Part shown: positions 45,359-47,107 of the stretch, one piece after another
How the letters are laid out: each line of letters opens with the position of its first letter
Numbering within the stretch: the stretch's first letter is position 1
NCBI GenBank assembly: GCA_030680695.1
Contig: JAUXUT010000149.1
Location: forward strand, 602,324 to 649,430
Direction: 5' to 3'
DNA: 47,107 nt
Source: a bacterium
GTDB taxonomy: Bacteria; Patescibacteriota; Minisyncoccia; Phycocordibacterales; UBA6065
Program-made: the position numbers and the translations under genes
Notes under the pieces: generated by a model
Told to the model about the DNA's origin: nothing
What the model saw: the letters and a program-made list of their open reading frames with translations, nothing else
Databases searched by the model: none

Positions 45359-46327
45359 ATGATTAAACGCACTGCGATAGCATGCTCTTTGGCTGTGCTC
45401 GCGATAGGTGCCTTAATTGTCGCGTCGGCGGCAGGCACCGCGTTCGCAGACAGTAACACACCCCCGGCTTTCAGCTCGATTACCATATCGAGTGGGGCGA
45501 CCGACCAAAGGATGACCGTTGGAGAGAAGGCCGATATCTTGTTCATCGGCGCGACCACTACCCAGAACGACCTGTCCACTGGATATTGTATGGTGAATGA
45601 TTCTGACGTCAGAAGCTCTTTCCGTTCTGATGGAAACGGTGTATATCGCGCCGATTATATTGTAGCTAGTGATCATCACGAACGAGCACCAGGCACCATA
45701 CCTTTCGATTGTACGGTGACAAACGGTCATGGTATCAGCCTTGTAATCAGCGCCTTCGAAAGTAATTCAGTGTCGATTGATATCAATCTAGACGGTGTGT
45801 TCGACCCGCCGTTCGGTGCACCGACCGGTACGAGCACCTCAACAAGCACTGCTACCTCGACAGAGGCATCGGTTGAACCAGTATCTTCGGGATCTTCAGG
45901 TGGATCAGGGTCTTCATCAAGCGGACGTAGTGTGAGAAATTCCTCTACTCTTTGGACAACGACACAAACCTTGAACCCAGAGGATATTTGGATATACATC
46001 GATGAAGCGTATATTCCACCATCTTCATCTGACATGGGCTTTGTATCCTATGCGCCAAGCGGCGGTAACGTGCCCGTATCCAGTGCCGTAACCGCATCAC
46101 CAGTAGAAGAAACAGATATTCTGGCTGTTTCTGAAACAGACACAGCAACTTCTTCTGAAGGCGAGGTTCTTGGAGCCAGCATAGATCGAGAAGATGGCCC
46201 TCTCGCAGCTGCAGGAGCAGCCGGAACTGGAGGCAGACTTATGCTCATCACCCTGCTCGTCCTTACAGGACTCGCGGTGGGCGCATACGCCTTCAACCGC
46301 AATTCTGAGGCAAGGAGACGACCATAA
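45359..46327 (+). CDS. secreted Ser/Thr-rich protein with C-terminal membrane anchor
   Basis: Signal peptide, low-complexity linker, GEVLGA motif, C-terminal TM helix and basic tail. Confidence 0.8.
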   Translation: MIKRTAIACSLAVLAIGALIVASAAGTAFADSNTPPAFSSITISSGATDQRMTVGEKADILFIGATTTQNDLSTGYCMVNDSDVRSSFRSDGNGVYRADYIVASDHHERAPGTIPFDCTVTNGHGISLVISAFESNSVSIDINLDGVFDPPFGAPTGTSTSTSTATSTEASVEPVSSGSSGGSGSSSSGRSVRNSSTLWTTTQTLNPEDIWIYIDEAYIPPSSSDMGFVSYAPSGGNVPVSSAVTASPVEETDILAVSETDTATSSEGEVLGASIDREDGPLAAAGAAGTGGRLMLITLLVLTGLAVGAYAFNRNSEARRRP

Positions 46328-46360
46328 ATAAGCACCAAGACGTCAAGATACGGCTTTGAT

Positions 46361-46388
46361 AAGCCACCCTCTGGATAGGGTGGCTTTC
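46361..46388. terminator. intrinsic terminator hairpin
   Basis: aagccaccct-ctggat-agggtggctt. Confidence 0.65.
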
Positions 46389-46421
46389 CCGTAAGTCTGG
46401 ACCGTGCCATACTAGTTGCCT

Positions 46422-46871
46422 ATGTCGAACATATTCAGTGAGGTTGAGACGCTCCGTCGAAAAGGAAAAGTGCATACAAGGCTTATCCTTCTCGTATACG
46501 GACTCATTGTCTTAGCTCTCGCTATGGCAGCGATCATTTCTTACAACATCGCTTTCAAGGGTACAAACTCTCCGTCCGTTATCGCTCTCATTGCTATAGG
46601 ATTCGTATTGGGTCGATATCTGTTCGCACGCATCAATGTCGTCGACTGGGACGAGCGCAAAGAGATGGTGAAGATAGGTAGAATGGATATTCTTGGCTTT
46701 ATTGTACTTGTCGCCTACATCGCGTTTGATTTCATACTCAAATATTTTCTAAATGGTCTTTACGGTGACCCAGTGGGAGTGTTCCTTCTGGCCGCTGTGT
46801 TTGGAACGTTCATTGGCAGGATCGCGGGCCTCGTTTCAGAAGTCCACCGCGTATTCAAGGAAAGTAAGTAG
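46422..46871 (+). CDS. four-TM membrane protein
   Basis: ORF with four hydrophobic helices. Confidence 0.8.
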   Translation: MSNIFSEVETLRRKGKVHTRLILLVYGLIVLALAMAAIISYNIAFKGTNSPSVIALIAIGFVLGRYLFARINVVDWDERKEMVKIGRMDILGFIVLVAYIAFDFILKYFLNGLYGDPVGVFLLAAVFGTFIGRIAGLVSEVHRVFKESK

Positions 46872-46893
46872 CTTGCTTTGATATACTGTTGTT

Positions 46894-47107
46894 ATGAGAA
46901 ATAACATAATCACTACTTTTTCCGTATGTGCGGTATTTGCCGTTTCTGCACTTGCGCCGACCCGTGCCGCAGATGCCGCCACATGCGTAGATTTGTTCCA
47001 GGATATAGGCCAAGGCTCTTCTGGTTCAACAGTGCTTTTGTATCAAAATTTCCTTAAGGAACAAGGATTGCTCACCGCCGTTCCAAACGGTCATTTTGGT
47101 CCAGCAA
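46894..47107 (+). CDS. secreted peptidoglycan-binding domain protein (runs off the window edge)
   Basis: Manual translation: signal peptide then C.DL.QDIG.GSSGSTV..YQNFL..QGLL....NGHFGPA; TG-TATACT 6 nt before the ATG. Confidence 0.8.
   Translation, partial: MRNNIITTFSVCAVFAVSALAPTRAADAATCVDLFQDIGQGSSGSTVLLYQNFLKEQGLLTAVPNGHFGPA

Noticed and set aside
42600-47107. Direct repeat of the tRNA-His 3' end marking the far att site
   Set aside because: None found by eye. Serine recombinase cores can be very short, so the boundary stays approximate.
1-47107. CRISPR array, rRNA or IS transposase
   Set aside because: No regularly spaced repeats, rRNA-like tracts or transposase motifs were seen.
1-47107. 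Alternative genetic code 25 (TGA=Gly) as in Gracilibacteria/Absconditabacteria
   Set aside because: TGA ends several genes right before terminators or the next gene (e.g. 10595, 27629, 41301), and conserved genes are intact under code 11.

Overview
47 kb from a Patescibacteria (CPR), most likely Parcubacteria-type, chromosome read in genetic code 11. The taxonomy is inferred from gene content and protein style, not from a database search. Bases 1-36 kb hold core genes (ppa, nusA, tpiA, pgk, recJ, rnhA, split comEC, sod, rpmB, murE, ruvA, rpsT, ruvX, rplS), two type IV pilus clusters (pilB/pilC/pilins/PilX-like and pilM/N/O-like), secreted surface proteins and six tRNAs. Several solo accessory genes are interspersed, including a PEP-CTERM protein sitting between pilB and pilC. 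An integrative element starts at tRNA-His (36015-36089). It has a large serine recombinase whose 3' end runs antisense through the tRNA, a P-loop ATPase and small regulators. Its key cargo is a diversity-generating retroelement (DGR) cassette. The target gene (40588-41301) has a variable repeat (41137-41255) that differs from a template repeat (41607-41725) at 23 positions, all template adenines. An unannotated 3' fragment of avd lies on the opposite strand, convergent on the TR, and no reverse transcriptase is present in the window. Where the avd 5' end (and possibly the RT) would be, there is a chimera of a PD-(D/E)xK-like nuclease fragment and a type I HsdR fragment. The window ends with an ECF sigma factor, a two-component pair and surface proteins.
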